In this document: positions 50,701-64,000 of the stretch, one piece after another
How positions within the stretch are numbered: the first letter of the stretch is position 1
Layout of the letters: each line of letters opens with the position of its first letter
Assembly: GCA_034780895.1 (NCBI GenBank)
Contig: JAUZTB010000107.1
Coordinates: 81,922,000 to 81,985,999 of the forward strand
Length of the DNA: 64,000 nucleotides
Source of the DNA: Rhynchobatus australiae
Lineage: Eukaryota
Reading direction: 5' to 3'
Notes under the pieces: model-generated
What the model was told of the DNA's origin: nothing
Databases searched by the model: none
The model's input: only the letters and a program-made list of their open reading frames with translations
Translations under genes and position numbers: made by a program

Positions 50701-53700
50701 CTATAATTGTCTGGTTCCCATGATATTTACATTTATATTTTTTGCTGGATATAATTGGTAGAGAGTTGCATCATGTGCACAGCTGCACTCTTATTACCTC
50801 ACTTATGTGGTGTCTTGAATATATTACAGTACCACTGTGTAGGAAAATTGCAGAAATAATGAGCATGATTGATTGTTGAGGGAAATGGAAGTAATAACCA
50901 AAATACTGTAAATGGTAATTGTACTGAATTGATGGTAATAATCAAACATGTCGCAGTGCTTTTACAGTTGATTTATAATACTTTAACAAAGTTGAAGTTG
51001 AAGTTGTGCTTCTGGGAGGTATAAATGGTGAAGGTAATTCAGATTTTGACTGGGACCACCTGAATACATGATGGCATGGATTCTGAAACAAAGTGCTTCT
51101 GTGCAAAAATATAAAATGGCTGGAGAGGGTCTATTATTCACTAGGGTCTGTCCTAATGTTCATTCTACTGTCTAGCCTGTTAATGTATGTCTATGGGAAT
51201 GCTTATACTGGTGAGAATAGTGTATATGGGGGCTGGCAATTGCATGTTTTGAACTCTCTCATTTCCTGTCTGCTGAGACTGTACCGAAACCTTGAGCACT
51301 TCATGCCGGTAGCATACCATCTTGCAGCGATGTGCGATATTTATCAAAGCAATTCAGACAGACTACTGAATACTGCCTAATGGAGAAGTCCATAATTTTG
51401 TTACATTGCAATTTGCATGTGGTGCTGTAATCAAAGGATCAAATGTGTCAAATGATTAATATTATAATGATCAATATACTCAATTAATGCACTGCATCAA
51501 ATAAAGTTGAACTAAATAACCAAAGCATAACATACATGCTGTGATCAATATGAATAATGTTCTGGTGAAATTATACTTTCAATATGGTGTCTAGTTGCGA
51601 TCACCAATAAACAATAGAGGTATTCAAATGGTGCAGTCAGTATAGAACAGAAGTGTAAGGTTGCTTCTTGATGTTGGGGTCCGAGTTATGAAGAAAGGTC
51701 AGAAACACTGAGAGGTGATCTTAGAAGTTCCACAGGTAATGTGGAAAGATTTAATCTGTAATAATATTTCAAATTAAATTGTGATGGTGGGCCAGGAGTG
51801 GCTGTGGGGAATGTAAGAGCACACGATGGAGGAACAGTGTGTGGAAGTGCTGCTATCCATGTAAAGTAGTGTCTCCTCCTCTGGTCATATCCATTGTAAA
51901 TCTGTCTGGACTCCTCACAGCATCTTGGCCTCTGATTTGTATGGACATTATAGTTTCAATACCATTATGGAATCTAGCCTCATCATCTTTCTTATATTAG
52001 GTAAGCATATTGGTAATCATCTCTAAGATTGCAGTGGTAGTAAAACAAAAGGCCCGATGATTGGTTTTGTCTGATGGAGTGGGGAGGTTTTTTTGCAGAT
52101 AGCCGTGGTATTGCTGCCATCCAAGGAGACCTGCAGGTTCTGCAAACTGATCTTCATCATTGCTCTTGACTAAATATTGAACATCTCCGTGAACGGTTGG
52201 TGCCTTTTGGACTGGCTGGTGTCTTCTAGACAGCTGCAGCAGAAATCATATTGTTCTTAGAAAGCAACTAAAATTTATGCCACAGATCTGGTCCTTGTCT
52301 TTAACTTTATAGGTGAGAAGTGATCTTTCCCTCTTAGAATGGATTGGGCATTTCTCTTCCTCCTCCTAGTCCTGCTTCCATCTGTCTTTGTTGCATGGCT
52401 CACCATACACTGCCCTCCACCTTCCACCTTCTTACATCCAGAATGGCTGTTCTTGTGTTGGTGGCTGGATAGGGGAAGTAAAGCGAAGGGCTGACAGATG
52501 TGTAGTCACATTGCTTGGTCAGTTTTCAGTCATGTTCTTGGATGGTCCAGCTTGTGAAGTCTGAGAACATTCAAGAAAAAGTATAGAGAGGAGAGAGGGA
52601 CAAAGAGGAATTGAAACAGTCACACTAATCTGTCATCCACAGCAGGTATGACAGGTGTTTTGGAAACTGTTTTGGAATGATTGTTGCTGGGGATTTTCTT
52701 CCCTCTTGCTCTATCTGCCACAGTTTTTGTGACTTGACATCCCCGGAATGAGATGACCCTCATCTTCAGGAGGCCCCTCCTCCTGTAGTTTGCCTTTTCC
52801 TGGAAAGAAGTAAGATGTGATGGAAGGTTATACCATACCATGAAGTGACACCATAAAAGCCCATTTCAAAGGGGAGGCTGAGGATTTCATGCAGTTACGG
52901 ATGCACCTTGACTGTGGAATTTTTGCCAGCATGCTAAGTCAATAAGTGGCAATAGAAACAGACTTGGAGGAATAGTTTACAGGGTGCATGCTGAAGGTGA
53001 GATTTTAAGAATTTTGAGAATATTAAAAGGCACTCAGATCAAATTCTGATCAAGGAACCGAGTTACCCAGAGTCTTAGGTTACCTGTCTTTACAAGGTCA
53101 ATAAACCTTTTCAGCACCGTATTTGTAGTAAAGTTGGAATTCAGTTTTTTTTTGGTATTTTCTGCTGCGCTTTGTGTACAGCTGTTTCTGCTGTTTTCTG
53201 CCTCATGCAGGGTACACACTGTCCACTACTTCTCTACATCCTCCTGTAGCAGCACCCTGCTTATCAAACCACTTGAATAAAGAGAGCATGCATACCAAGC
53301 TGACTTCAGTCACAAATGCATTTAAAACATTTAAAATTAAACAGTTGGCCAGTTTCAAATCTGTGGACTTTAAAAGCTCTCAAAAGCAGTCAAAACAGGC
53401 ACCCGGCTTCCTGAAAGAACATCAGGGTCACTCAATAACCATTGGTTTACTGCACTGCCTTATTTCTGTCTCCTCTCATTCTGCTCCCTTTTAATCAGCT
53501 TCAAACATCCAAGACGTCTGTTACCTGGGTGGCCTGCTCCAATTACGCCTCCATGAGCACGCTAACTCTGTCTGCTCCTTTCAATGAGCACCTGCAGGAA
53601 ATCAGGTGTTCCAGGTTCTCTCCAGGACATCGTGCCCTTCCAGGCACTTCCATTCACATTGTCCCTGCTCAGTACTTGCATGGTTTGTATTCTCTGTCAA

Positions 53701-53714
53701 TCTTTTCAAACTAC

Positions 53715-54080
53715 TTTATTAGAGCCACAGAATCATACCACACAGAAGCTGGCCCACTGAGCCCATGCCCACTGAGCCCATGCCCACCAGAACAACCGAT
53801 TAACACTGATCCTGCACAAATCCCATTTTATTCTCCCTACACTCTCATCAACTCCCCCCAGATTCTACCACATACCTACACCTCTAGGGGAAATTCACAG
53901 TGGACAATTAACTTACTAGCCAGCATGTCTTTTGGATGTGGGTGGGGAACTGGAACAACCAGGGGAAACCCACACCATCACAGGGAGAATGTGTAAACTC
54001 CACATAGCCAGGACCAGAGATCAGGATTGAATCCTGGTCTTTTGGTGCTATGAGGGAGTAGCTCTACTGTCTCTCCATAG
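53715..54080 (-). mobile_element. V-SINE with CR1-type tail
   Basis: Antisense V-domain CATGTCTTTGGATGTGGG...GAAACCCAC...CAGGGAGAATGTGTAAACTCCACA, B box GGATTGAATCC, tail CACAGAATCATACCACACAGAAGCTGGCCC. Confidence 0.75.
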
Positions 54081-57000
54081 CTTTACTCCATTGTGCCATC
54101 CTTTATTGATTAGTGGGCGATTTAAAAACAGAAATCTTATCTACTACATAGTAGGTAAAGAAGTTGTTGGACTGGTTTTGGATGATGATTATTTGTTTCA
54201 TCCAAACAATTTCAATGTGGCCATTTCCCCTTTTTGGCACTCAAAATAAAATATAGGTTTCAGCAATAAAAGAGCTGAACTGACCCTTCAGCTGCTCTAA
54301 TTGCTCTTGTAAATGCAGTAAACCGGACATCTGTCTCGGCAATAAAATCAAGTTTCCTCAGGCTTTGTTGTCATGTAATGTTGTTAAACTTAGTATCTTT
54401 CTCAGTCAGTTCTGCTCGTCCAACTGCATCATTACTCACACCGTCTTCTATTCCACTAAAGGGCTGGAGGTGGTGTGTAAAGGGGTGTCTGGTGTTGATA
54501 GTTGTGATTGTGGCCGTGGCCATCGGGTGGATGGGGGAGTTAAGGAATGGCTCTGCCAGTCTGCGTGCTGCACTTGCTCACATATTTGCACAAATAGCTA
54601 GCCTGATAAACAAAGCTGTATAAAAGCTGCAGCTTCATTTGGTTCAGGATGTAAATTTGAATCTTGAGGATGGATTTAGGCACCGAGGGAAAGATTTTCA
54701 TTCCAGTAGTTACAATAGAACGGTAAATCAAGCTGTCACATCCATGGGCAGGCAGTCTGTTCTGCCAGATTACTGTCCAGGTGGGCAAAAACAAAATCTA
54801 TTCCCAGGAATCTCTGTGGATAAATGAATTGTTGTCTTGTGTGAGTGGGTTTCTTCGAGCATAAATGCTGACCAGCAGATCCAAGTGCAGCTGTAATATT
54901 TAATTTGTGAAGTGCTCAGTGAACAGTATTTTCAAAGTCTTTTACACCTTGAAGTCAGGCACAAAACCACTGAAGTTTTTTGACAGTGCAAATTAGAAAA
55001 TTCAGATGCTGGGAAACTGAGGATGTAAGCCTCGAACCTCTGGATTAAATGACAAATGATCTATGCTGAAAGGATGGCAGATTATGGCTGTGATTCATGC
55101 CTTTGTTTGATTGTCTATGGTTATAAACTAAACTATTTCTACTTTGACCTACTTTGTAANNNNNNNNNNNNNNNNNNNNNNNNNNNNNNNNNNNNNNNNN
55201 NNNNNNNNNNNNNNNNNNNNNNNNNNNNNNNNNNNNNNNNNNNNNNNNNNNNNNNNNNNNNNNNNNNNNNNNNNNNNNNNNNNNNNNNNNNNNNNNNNNN
55301 NNNNNNNNNNNNNNNNNNNNNNNNNNNNNNNNNNNNNNNNNNNNNNNNNNNNNNNNNNNNNNNNNNNNNNNNNNNNNNNNNNNNNNNNNNNNNNNNNNNN
55401 NNNNNNNNNNNNNNNNNNNNNNNNNNNNNNNNNNNNNNNNNNNNNNNNNNNNNNNNNNNNNNNNNNNNNNNNNNNNNNNNNNNNNNNNNNNNNNNNNNTG
55501 CTTTTCTTCCACTCTGTTTATAAACAGCAGTAACTTTTTTATCGAGGCATTATATAGTCAAGGTTGTAGTAATGCAATGAATCCAGAGTTTGAAAACTTC
55601 TGCATTATGTTTATGAGGAGGTTTTACTTCACTAATGTATAAATTAAAATTAGACCAGGGTTCACTACTGCAGCACATCCAAGTAACAGAAATCATTGCA
55701 CCAGTGATGGAATATAAAGTTTAATATTTTAATATACAAGGAAGAATCAACTTTCTTTCAGTACACATTTACTTTTTTGGAATTAATTACCAAACTGGAT
55801 TATAATTTTCCTTCCTGAGTTAAAGACATGGTGAAATTAAACCTTTGTGAGGAAATGCTGCAGGAGATTTGGTTATGTTAAGATTGGATGGAAGATGGTC
55901 TTGAGTACATTTACGATAATTTGGAAAATATATTTGGCTTACTATTTTTACAGTGTAAATTGTGTTAAATACACAAAGAGAAATACAGAAATACACAAAA
56001 ACAGAGACATACACAAAGATACAGTTTCCTACATCTGATTTACAATGGGGCCCTGTGGGTGAGATCAAATGCAGACCACTTCATTGAAGCTAGTCTGATA
56101 AGAGCAAGTTTCGTTCCACTTCAGAGTCAATGTGACACGAGTTTCAATTTTTCCTGTTTATGTCTGTAGCACTATGTTTCTGATAAGAACAAGCAAACAC
56201 TTGTACATGTCCTGCTGCCTGTATCTCTGTGGTCTAAGGTCACCTTGTAAACTTTTGTGGTGGAATCTGTATTATCACTCAAACATGATTCATAATCATA
56301 TAACATTATGAATGTGTTAATAGTTCATTTAAAAAAAGGCAAGAAAAACTTGTGATCTTCAATCAGCGGTGCATTGAATCTTGTCATGCCTTAGATTTTT
56401 CACAGTGCCTGTCAGCTGCAATCCAAGTAACTCTAAGGACTTGGGTCCCTGTGCTGAGGATTTGAACTGGCAATGTTCACAACTTTACCATACAGCTTTC
56501 TGAATCACTAGGCTTCCCAGAAAATATTTGATAATGTTATTGCCCGTGAGTCTTTTATTCTATTTTCACTATGTCCACCTGCTNNNNNNNNNNTTATAAA
56601 CCTTATGAATGTACAGATACCTGTATGCCTGCAGATTGTTTTAATAATTGAAATGCTTTCAGCTCATTCCTTCATGGAGGGACACATTTTTACATTTCAT
56701 ATGTATCTGTATGATGCACCACTCATGAGAGGCGAGTCCAGAATGTGTAAATAGACCAAGAGGATTCTATTGTCTTTTTCTCATATGTTGCCTTCAATTT
56801 TACTTCATTATTTTATCAAAATGACTAAAATGCAATAAGTTTGCAAATTCTTGGCATTGCATCAGTAAGTGCACAACATAAATGCTCTGTCAATTAAAAT
56901 ATATTTTGTTTGTTTTCATAAATAACTTATACTTTGATAAGTGNNNNNNNNNNTCTCTAAAGCATAAGATTATTGCTTGTTTCAGCATTTGTATTGAGTG

Positions 57001-57481
57001 CTCCGTTTAATTTTTCATAGCGTGATTCTGGACCAATGATTTAAGGATTTCAAGTTACAGGAGCCCACTACTGAATCTGTACAGGTTGTGTCCTCCTGCT
57101 GCTAGTTTATACCATTTTAGCTTTTTGTCATTAGTCATGGTTCTGAAGCTGCTGCAAGCCAAAACCATCCATTTCTGGAAAGTCTTCTCATGGTGTAACT
57201 CAAAGAAGGTTTAAGGTACAAGTGGACATGATTGTTATGAAATAGCCCTTGTCTGTTTCCCAGTATTAGGTGCAGAAGTCAGGTTTTAATACATTAATAT
57301 TTTCTCAACTTGTTGAAGAAATGGCTTGTGAATAAAGGGACTTCATGAGAAATTGTCTGAAAAATAAGTGACAGCTAGAGTGAGGGCTATGCCATTAATA
57401 TATTCCCATAAGGTGGTATCAATATATCAGTTGATAGTTGAGGTATTAGGTGGTAAATTCCATTCACTCCTGAAAATGGCA

Positions 57482-57895
57482 CAGAGAACATAGAGCATTA
57501 CAGCACAGTACAGGCCCTTTGGCCCACAATGTTGTGCCGATGTTTATTCCTGCTCTAAGATCTATCTAACTCTTCCCTCCCACATAGCCCTCAATTTTTC
57601 TATCATTCATGTGGCTATCTAAGAGTCTCTTAAATGTCCCTAATGTATCTGCCCCACAACCTCTGCTGGCAGTGCGTTCCATGCACCCACCACCCACTGT
57701 GTAAAAAAAACTTACCCCCCCACTATACTTTCCTCCAATCACTTTAAAATTATGCCTCCTCGTGTTACTCATTTTCACCCTGGGAAAAAATCTTTGACCG
57801 TCCACTCAATCTATGCTTCTTATCTCGTACACATCTATCAAGTCACCTCTCATCCTCCGCCTCTCCAAAGAGAATAGCCCTAGCTCACTCAACCT
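57482..57895 (-). mobile_element. CR1 3' fragment
   Basis: FFPRVKMSNTRRHNFKVIGGK...TFKRLLDSHM. Tail ACAGCACAGTACAGGCCCTTTGGCCCAC. Confidence 0.88.
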
Positions 57896-60611
57896 GTACC
57901 AGAACACAATTCCTATTAAGGTTCATATTCAACAGTAAATACTATACTTGCTTGGAAGTGGAAATCAAAGTTCAGAAATCTATTATCTAACAGTGAGAAC
58001 AATTTGATGCACAAAAGTGTGTTGTGAACTGCTTTTATTATTAAATGACTTCAGAACATTAGGAATATTCAAGGACTGCTGCCAAAGAGGGATAACAGTC
58101 CCATCGGCTAATTTGGCTGATATGTTGCCTGATGTAGTTTTATACATATGGAATCACATGAATAGTTAAAATCCCGGAACTTCCCATCACCTTCAGTACA
58201 TACATCCCACTGGAAGCAGAAGTACAGTGATTTCTGTTTGAGGAAAAATGATGGGGAAGATTTTGGGTAGGGGGAGGAGAGAAGTGTGCAGGTGGTTGGG
58301 AGTAGTTCTGGGAGCTTTCGGTATAGATTCCTGGCCCATGAAAAATCCATGTTCAGCACATTGTGGGAGAAGCACTGAGGATTGCACAAGTACAGAATGT
58401 AGCTGCAGTTACGGAGGTTCTCGGCATCAATCGCCAGAAGAGTTGGTGCCATTGAATCCAACAGATGCAACTGTTTATCTGCCATTGCAGGAGGTAATGC
58501 AAGAAGCGGCATGAAGAAATGGCCACTTGATCTCACTCTCAGCAATCTACATGTTGTTGATGCATTTCTAAATGCCCATCTCAGCAGAAGCAATCAGAGC
58601 ATGGTCATGTGGAGAGCAAATCCACTCTTTAGTCCATCTTACTGAGTGGTAGCATTACTATTGCTAAACAGGCTAGATTAAGAACAGTTGCTGTGGCTTT
58701 TAATTGAATATCCAGGAACTGTTTAGGGCCATGCTAAGAGCAGTATCAGGTACACTCAAAAACTACAAATGTCACTGATACCTTTCTGAATGGGATGGGT
58801 TAAATTCACCCCCAGTATTTTAAGCTAGAGTGAAGTGCTAACAAATTTAATAGTCCCATTAAAAATCCAGTGCTTTAGAAATGAGCTTGCTTCAGTTGAA
58901 GTGAAGCTTACGACTTAAAAGTCACAGACATATTTAAATGCTTTGCCTTTCTTTCCCATCCCACTCTCCATCTCCTCTCTATTTATCAAATTTCCGACTG
59001 AACAAGCTGCTAAATGATTAGACAACAAGATGTAAAGGAATAATTTAAATGATGCTTTTTGAACTGTGTTTCCTTAGTGATTTAAAATACTGAGCTAATT
59101 CCTTTCTTCATTTCCTCTGTTCTGTGTCTCCAATCTAGTGATTTGTTGAATTGTAAATCGAAAAGTATGAAGTAAAACCAAGTGGAGTGGCTTCATTAGA
59201 AAAGAAAGATTACAGTATTAATGTTTTGCTTGCATTTACTTTTGATTTCAACTGAGCATTTGACATCGACAGTAATAGGTGTTTTGAGCTGTAGAGAACT
59301 TGACCTAGANNNNNNNNNNTGGCTCATGTGATGCCATAACTCAAGGCACTCTGGGTGAACACAAGTTCTGTGGGGTCAAGTTCTGGTCATGTACTCTGTC
59401 TGTGTTCTAGCTCTAATAATTTCAAACATCTTGCCTTGTTGTTCATGGCTAAAGTACTCAGGCTAACAAGCTGGTGTTCCTCGCGGTGACCTGAATATTT
59501 CCAAAGCTTGCCTGCCAGGCATCGTGTACAATTTTTCATCAAATATTTGGAAGTTCATCTCACGGGGAATTGGTTGCAATTCAAAGATTTTGTTATCTGC
59601 TTTGTCCGCAGTTTTAACGCACTTGCCAATTCCTTGAATTTGTTAACTCTTTCTGGTGAGAATGTGTGTATGAGAATGGAATTTTGTTCCAAGTTTACAA
59701 AGAGCCTAACCTAACAAACATTCACTTACAGTTCTTAAGTAACAAAAATGTAATTGGGCACTGTAAATATCAACATTAGATAATAAAGAAATTATGTAAT
59801 TGATATCTGTAGATAATATTTCAGGAATGATCAATCAAAAACATAAATTTAACAGCTGAAATGTTGGGCTCATAGATAATTACTGCAATGTAGAAAGTGA
59901 GCAGATTTTTAATTGGGGGTGAGGTGGGTGGATGAGGATGAAGTTGCTAGTGGTTATCTGTGATAGGGATGGAATTCCTGACGTGCTTTCTCTGATTGCA
60001 ATTTTGAATATTTTTACAACCAGAGCCTGCTGGTATGATGCATGCCCTGAATGGGGATTCTAATTCACTTCACTGACCCTAGGCCAGTGTAACTTTGGAC
60101 AGCCTTGAGAATGAGCTGGCAAGTACCTGGTAATCCTTGTCCTAAAGTAGAAAATTATGCATTTAAGTTTCTGGGTCTTTTGTGCTTCAGGTTCTAGTAC
60201 AAGGACTCCGAATGTGCTTGTAGTTCTGGCAGGCTGATAATCGAAGTGGATGTCATTGGTGGGAATGCCTGGAATATCAATGTGAAACACCAAAGTGTCA
60301 ATGGCATAAATTCAATCGGTTGCCCTTTGATTCTCTGAGTTTCAGTGGCATCTCATCTCTCTTGATCTGGAACTATGGGAATTACATTATTGTGGTTGTT
60401 CCCCAAGCAGCCTGGGGCTGATGATGGTTGCTCAGTGTAAATTAAACATACAGCCTTCTGCTGTTAGACTGTCAGTGATTGATTTTATGATCCACGTACC
60501 ACAACATCCTTTTAATAGTGAAAAGAGGTCTAACGTGTTAAATAACTCAGGAAGTAGATGTACCATTTGGGATCACTATTTTGCACCAATTTGCCATGTA
60601 TCACCACTTCA

Positions 60612-61105
60612 GTCATAGAGTCATTCAGCTCGGAAACAGGCCCTTTGGCCCAAATGGGTCATGCCGACCAAGATTCCCATTTAAGCTAGTCCCATTTGCC
60701 CACATTTGATCTGTATCCCTCTAAACCTTTCCTATCCAAGTACCTGTCCAAGACCTTTTAAATGTTGTTAATGTGACTGCCTCAACCGCTTCCTCTGGCA
60801 GCTTATTCCATATACAGACCACCCTCTGGATGAAAATGTTGCCCCTCAGCTTCCAATTAAATCTCTTCCCTCTCACCCCAAACCAGTGTCCTTTAGTTCT
60901 TGATTCCCCAACCTTGGGGAAAAGACTGTTCATTCATCCCATCTATGACCCCCATTATTTTATAATATTAGCCCTCATTCTCTTGGGTTCCAACAAATAA
61001 AGTCCTAGTCTGCTCAACCACTCTCTATATCTCAGTTCCTTGAGTCCTGGCAACACCCTCGTAGATCTCCTCTGCACTCTTTCCAGCTTAATGGCATCTT
61101 CCCTG
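60612..61105 (-). mobile_element. CR1 3' fragment
   Basis: LFPKVGESRTKGH...LRGNIFIQRVVCIWNKLPEEAVEA. Tail GTCATAGAGTCA...GGAAACAGGCCCTTTGGCCC. Confidence 0.9.
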
Positions 61106-64000
61106 CATTGTCACTGTAGTCTCTACAAACCAGAGCCACATGACTTACAATGCCATCATATCACCAAGAATTCATCACAGGGTATTTGTTTGTGCTGTCT
61201 TCAAGAGTAAGCTTAGTGTGAATTTACACTGCTATTAAAAACAACAGACCTACATGATTCTTCTATTTCAATGCAGTGAGCAAGGGGAACTACATGAATA
61301 CTTAACATAGTCTCCGATGGCTGAGTTTGCTTGTCATTACAGAAACAGCTTCCATACAATTGTTATGCATGTGCAAGTATTATTCCTTTTTTGGAATAGC
61401 TTGTTAGACATTTACCCTTCCATTGACCTTGGCTCTGCTCTGTTCCCACACTTACTGAGAATAAGAGAGAATTCTATTTCATGGCCACAGTGAGCACTAA
61501 AGATTTAAATGATCAAATATGCACAACGTGGGTGAACAAAGAGTACAACTTAGTTGAGATAATTTGATTATAACCACAGTTGGATGTGATGGAGGAGTGA
61601 CCCTCACCTGAGANNNNNNNNNNGTCATTCACTGGATAAGAACAATACCAAACATCTCTATAGCACAAAGGCTCACTGTGAGGGATAAGGACTGGGATGT
61701 TTCACTGTATGAATATTTCGAAGTCCAAGGCTATGAGACTATTGTGGAAAAATGTCAGAACAATTAAATATAAATTATGAAATATAATTCTGTCCCTTAA
61801 CATGTTCATGGAGTTTCTAGCTGTCTTTGTGCATGTACGAAGCACTAGGTTCAAATTCTATTTTGTGACTCTAAATCCTGCATCAATCTTTTTTGTCAGA
61901 TGCTGCAATATTGCAGTTTATCTTCGGTATTATTTCCACATTAGGAAAATTCTTAAAAGTCTTTTTCTGAATCCTCTCAGTGTTCGCTGCGGAGTTTATC
62001 TGGTCTGCCATGTTTGCTATGAAGTTTGTTTAAACCTTGGAATATGGGAATAGTCTTCGCGTAGTTCCAAGAAGCAAGTTTGTTTTCCCTTCTATGCCAT
62101 CCAATATGAAGTCCTNNNNNNNNNNNNNNNNNNNNNNNNNNNNNNNNNNNNNNNNNNNNNNNNNNNNNNNNNNNNNNNNNNNNNNNNNNNNNNNNNNNNN
62201 NNNNNNNNNNNNNNNNNNNNNNNNNNNNNNNNNNNNNNNNNNNNNNNNNNNNNNNNNNNNNNNNNNNNNNNNNNNNNNNNNNNNNNNNNNNNNNNNNNNN
62301 NNNNNNNNNNNNNNNNNNNNNNNNNNNNNNNNNNNNNNNNNNNNNNNNNNNNNNNNNNNNNNNNNNNNNNNNNNNNNNNNNNNNNNNNNNNNNNNNNNNN
62401 NNNNNNNNNNNNNNNNNNNNNNNNNNNNNNNNNNNNNNNNNNNNNNNNNNGCATCAGATTTATATGTCTCCTAAAATGAGATTTATTATTCTAAACATTA
62501 CTAATCTTGATTGCAAAACAGGAGATAATTTCTTGAACAACACACTTACTTTATAAGAAGTGCTTTGTTATCTCTGTATGTATATACTTTTTAATCATGG
62601 TACTCTGATCCTCCAAAGTCACTGATTAAAGCGAAAATGTCATTCTAAAATGCTCTCTGCTAATTTCTGGTTGAATTCATAGAAAACTTAGACAAATGTG
62701 GGATTATGGTAGCTTTCACTTTGAAGTCAATGCATCTTTATCATACATCAAAGCTGGTTCACTTCAGACCATTGCTTGGGAAAGTCAATAAGGGGGTGTT
62801 TTGATTTGTTTAAATGCACTGAAGTACAGCAATGTGAAAAAGCATGTGAAATGTATCTTTTCATACCCTTTTAATACAGATGGCCTTATGGATGACCCAA
62901 TTTAAATTAGATACAAAGCTTTATGATTCCCCATTTACAACAAAGATTGATGCTGTATTTCCTCACATACGATTCACCCTGATTGTTTAACCTCAGGGAT
63001 GAGAATGCAGTTGTGATGTGTTGAATTTAATTGACCTGCAAATCAAGTTCTAATGCTGATTTTGACACCAATGTATATAATAACAATGACTGTTTAAAAA
63101 AAACAAAATGTATTCCTTTTATTTGCCTCTTGCCACAGGTTCCCAATGATCATTGTGTTGTTGGATTTAACATCATTGAAAAGCTTAAGACTAAAAATAA
63201 CACTGACATACACAATTTCAGAAGAGGTCTAAAGAGGATTAAATGAGAGGCAGCATTAGAAAATAAAATAGAACAGAAATGGATTTTTACAATGCTGCTT
63301 TATAAAATGTGGGAATGTATCTTTTGTGTGGGGGGAAAAGAGAAAAATAATGAGATCAAACCAACTGGTTGAAACAAAAAGTCAAAAATAATCTTAAAGG
63401 CTGTGATAAGAAAGAAAACATTAAAAAATAATGAGGAATGGGAGTAATGTAAAAATCACTTGGGGATAGCAAAGATATGCCTTGCCAGACAGGAGATGGT
63501 TGATTATGTATAGCACCGAGAGAGATCAAAGGCTTTTTTCTCCCTGTGTAAATTAAAGTGCTAATAACTAGACAAGCCCCGTAAGGCAAATGTTTTATGA
63601 CGACATGTCAAAAATAGTTAATTGGTTTTAAAGTTTTCTGGGAAGTCTTGCAGATTATTAAAGCTGCTATATAAATGGAAATCTTAATTTCATTTCAGCT
63701 TTATTCCTTATTATCAGTTTTCTCACTCTCTATTTCTAATGTACATAATCTTTTAGATAACTCTTCAAGTAAATATTATGTCTGATTTATAATCAAATTG
63801 GCTTGGCAACCAATAAATACAGAGATCAACAAAGTTTAAGTTATGGTAAAATCTAAAAATCTTGAGGATTTCTGGCGCAGAAATGATAGGAATTCAGGAA
63901 TCTAAAGGTAATCAATGAGAAAATGGGCAAGGCTTTGGTTAAAGGGATTACATTTCCACAAATGATCTCTTAATCATCAACAGTGATGATTACTGTTGAA

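Noticed and set aside
54378-54623. Small ORF with hydrophobic run LVLIVVIVAVAIG
   Set aside because: Explained by GT-rich composition. No ATG context or splice support.
5666-62474. Long ORFs in the track (e.g. 5666-6493, 13056-13754, 35939-36979, 55045-55533, 62037-62474)
   Set aside because: Their length comes from N gaps translated as X.

Overview
Vertebrate non-genic DNA from a gappy short-read assembly. The repeat content (CR1/HER1-type LINEs, tRNA-derived V-SINEs, Penelope-like elements, an RTE LINE, DeuSINEs) points to a cartilaginous fish, probably a ray or skate. I found no convincing host exon. The main finding is an old, degraded endogenous bornavirus-like locus at about 14.4-20.6 kb, possibly extending to 21.2 kb. 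Manual translation through stops and frameshifts gives many collinear matches to bornavirus L polymerase (minus strand, 19642->18315 and 16740->14407). It also gives matches to nucleoprotein N (minus 20420->19690, plus 17790->18290, minus 17190->16830). An L-fragment+N unit is present twice as a ~700-bp inverted repeat, which fits a tandem duplication followed by an internal inversion. All viral alignments were made by eye against my recollection of BoDV-1 N and L and need tBLASTn/HMM confirmation.
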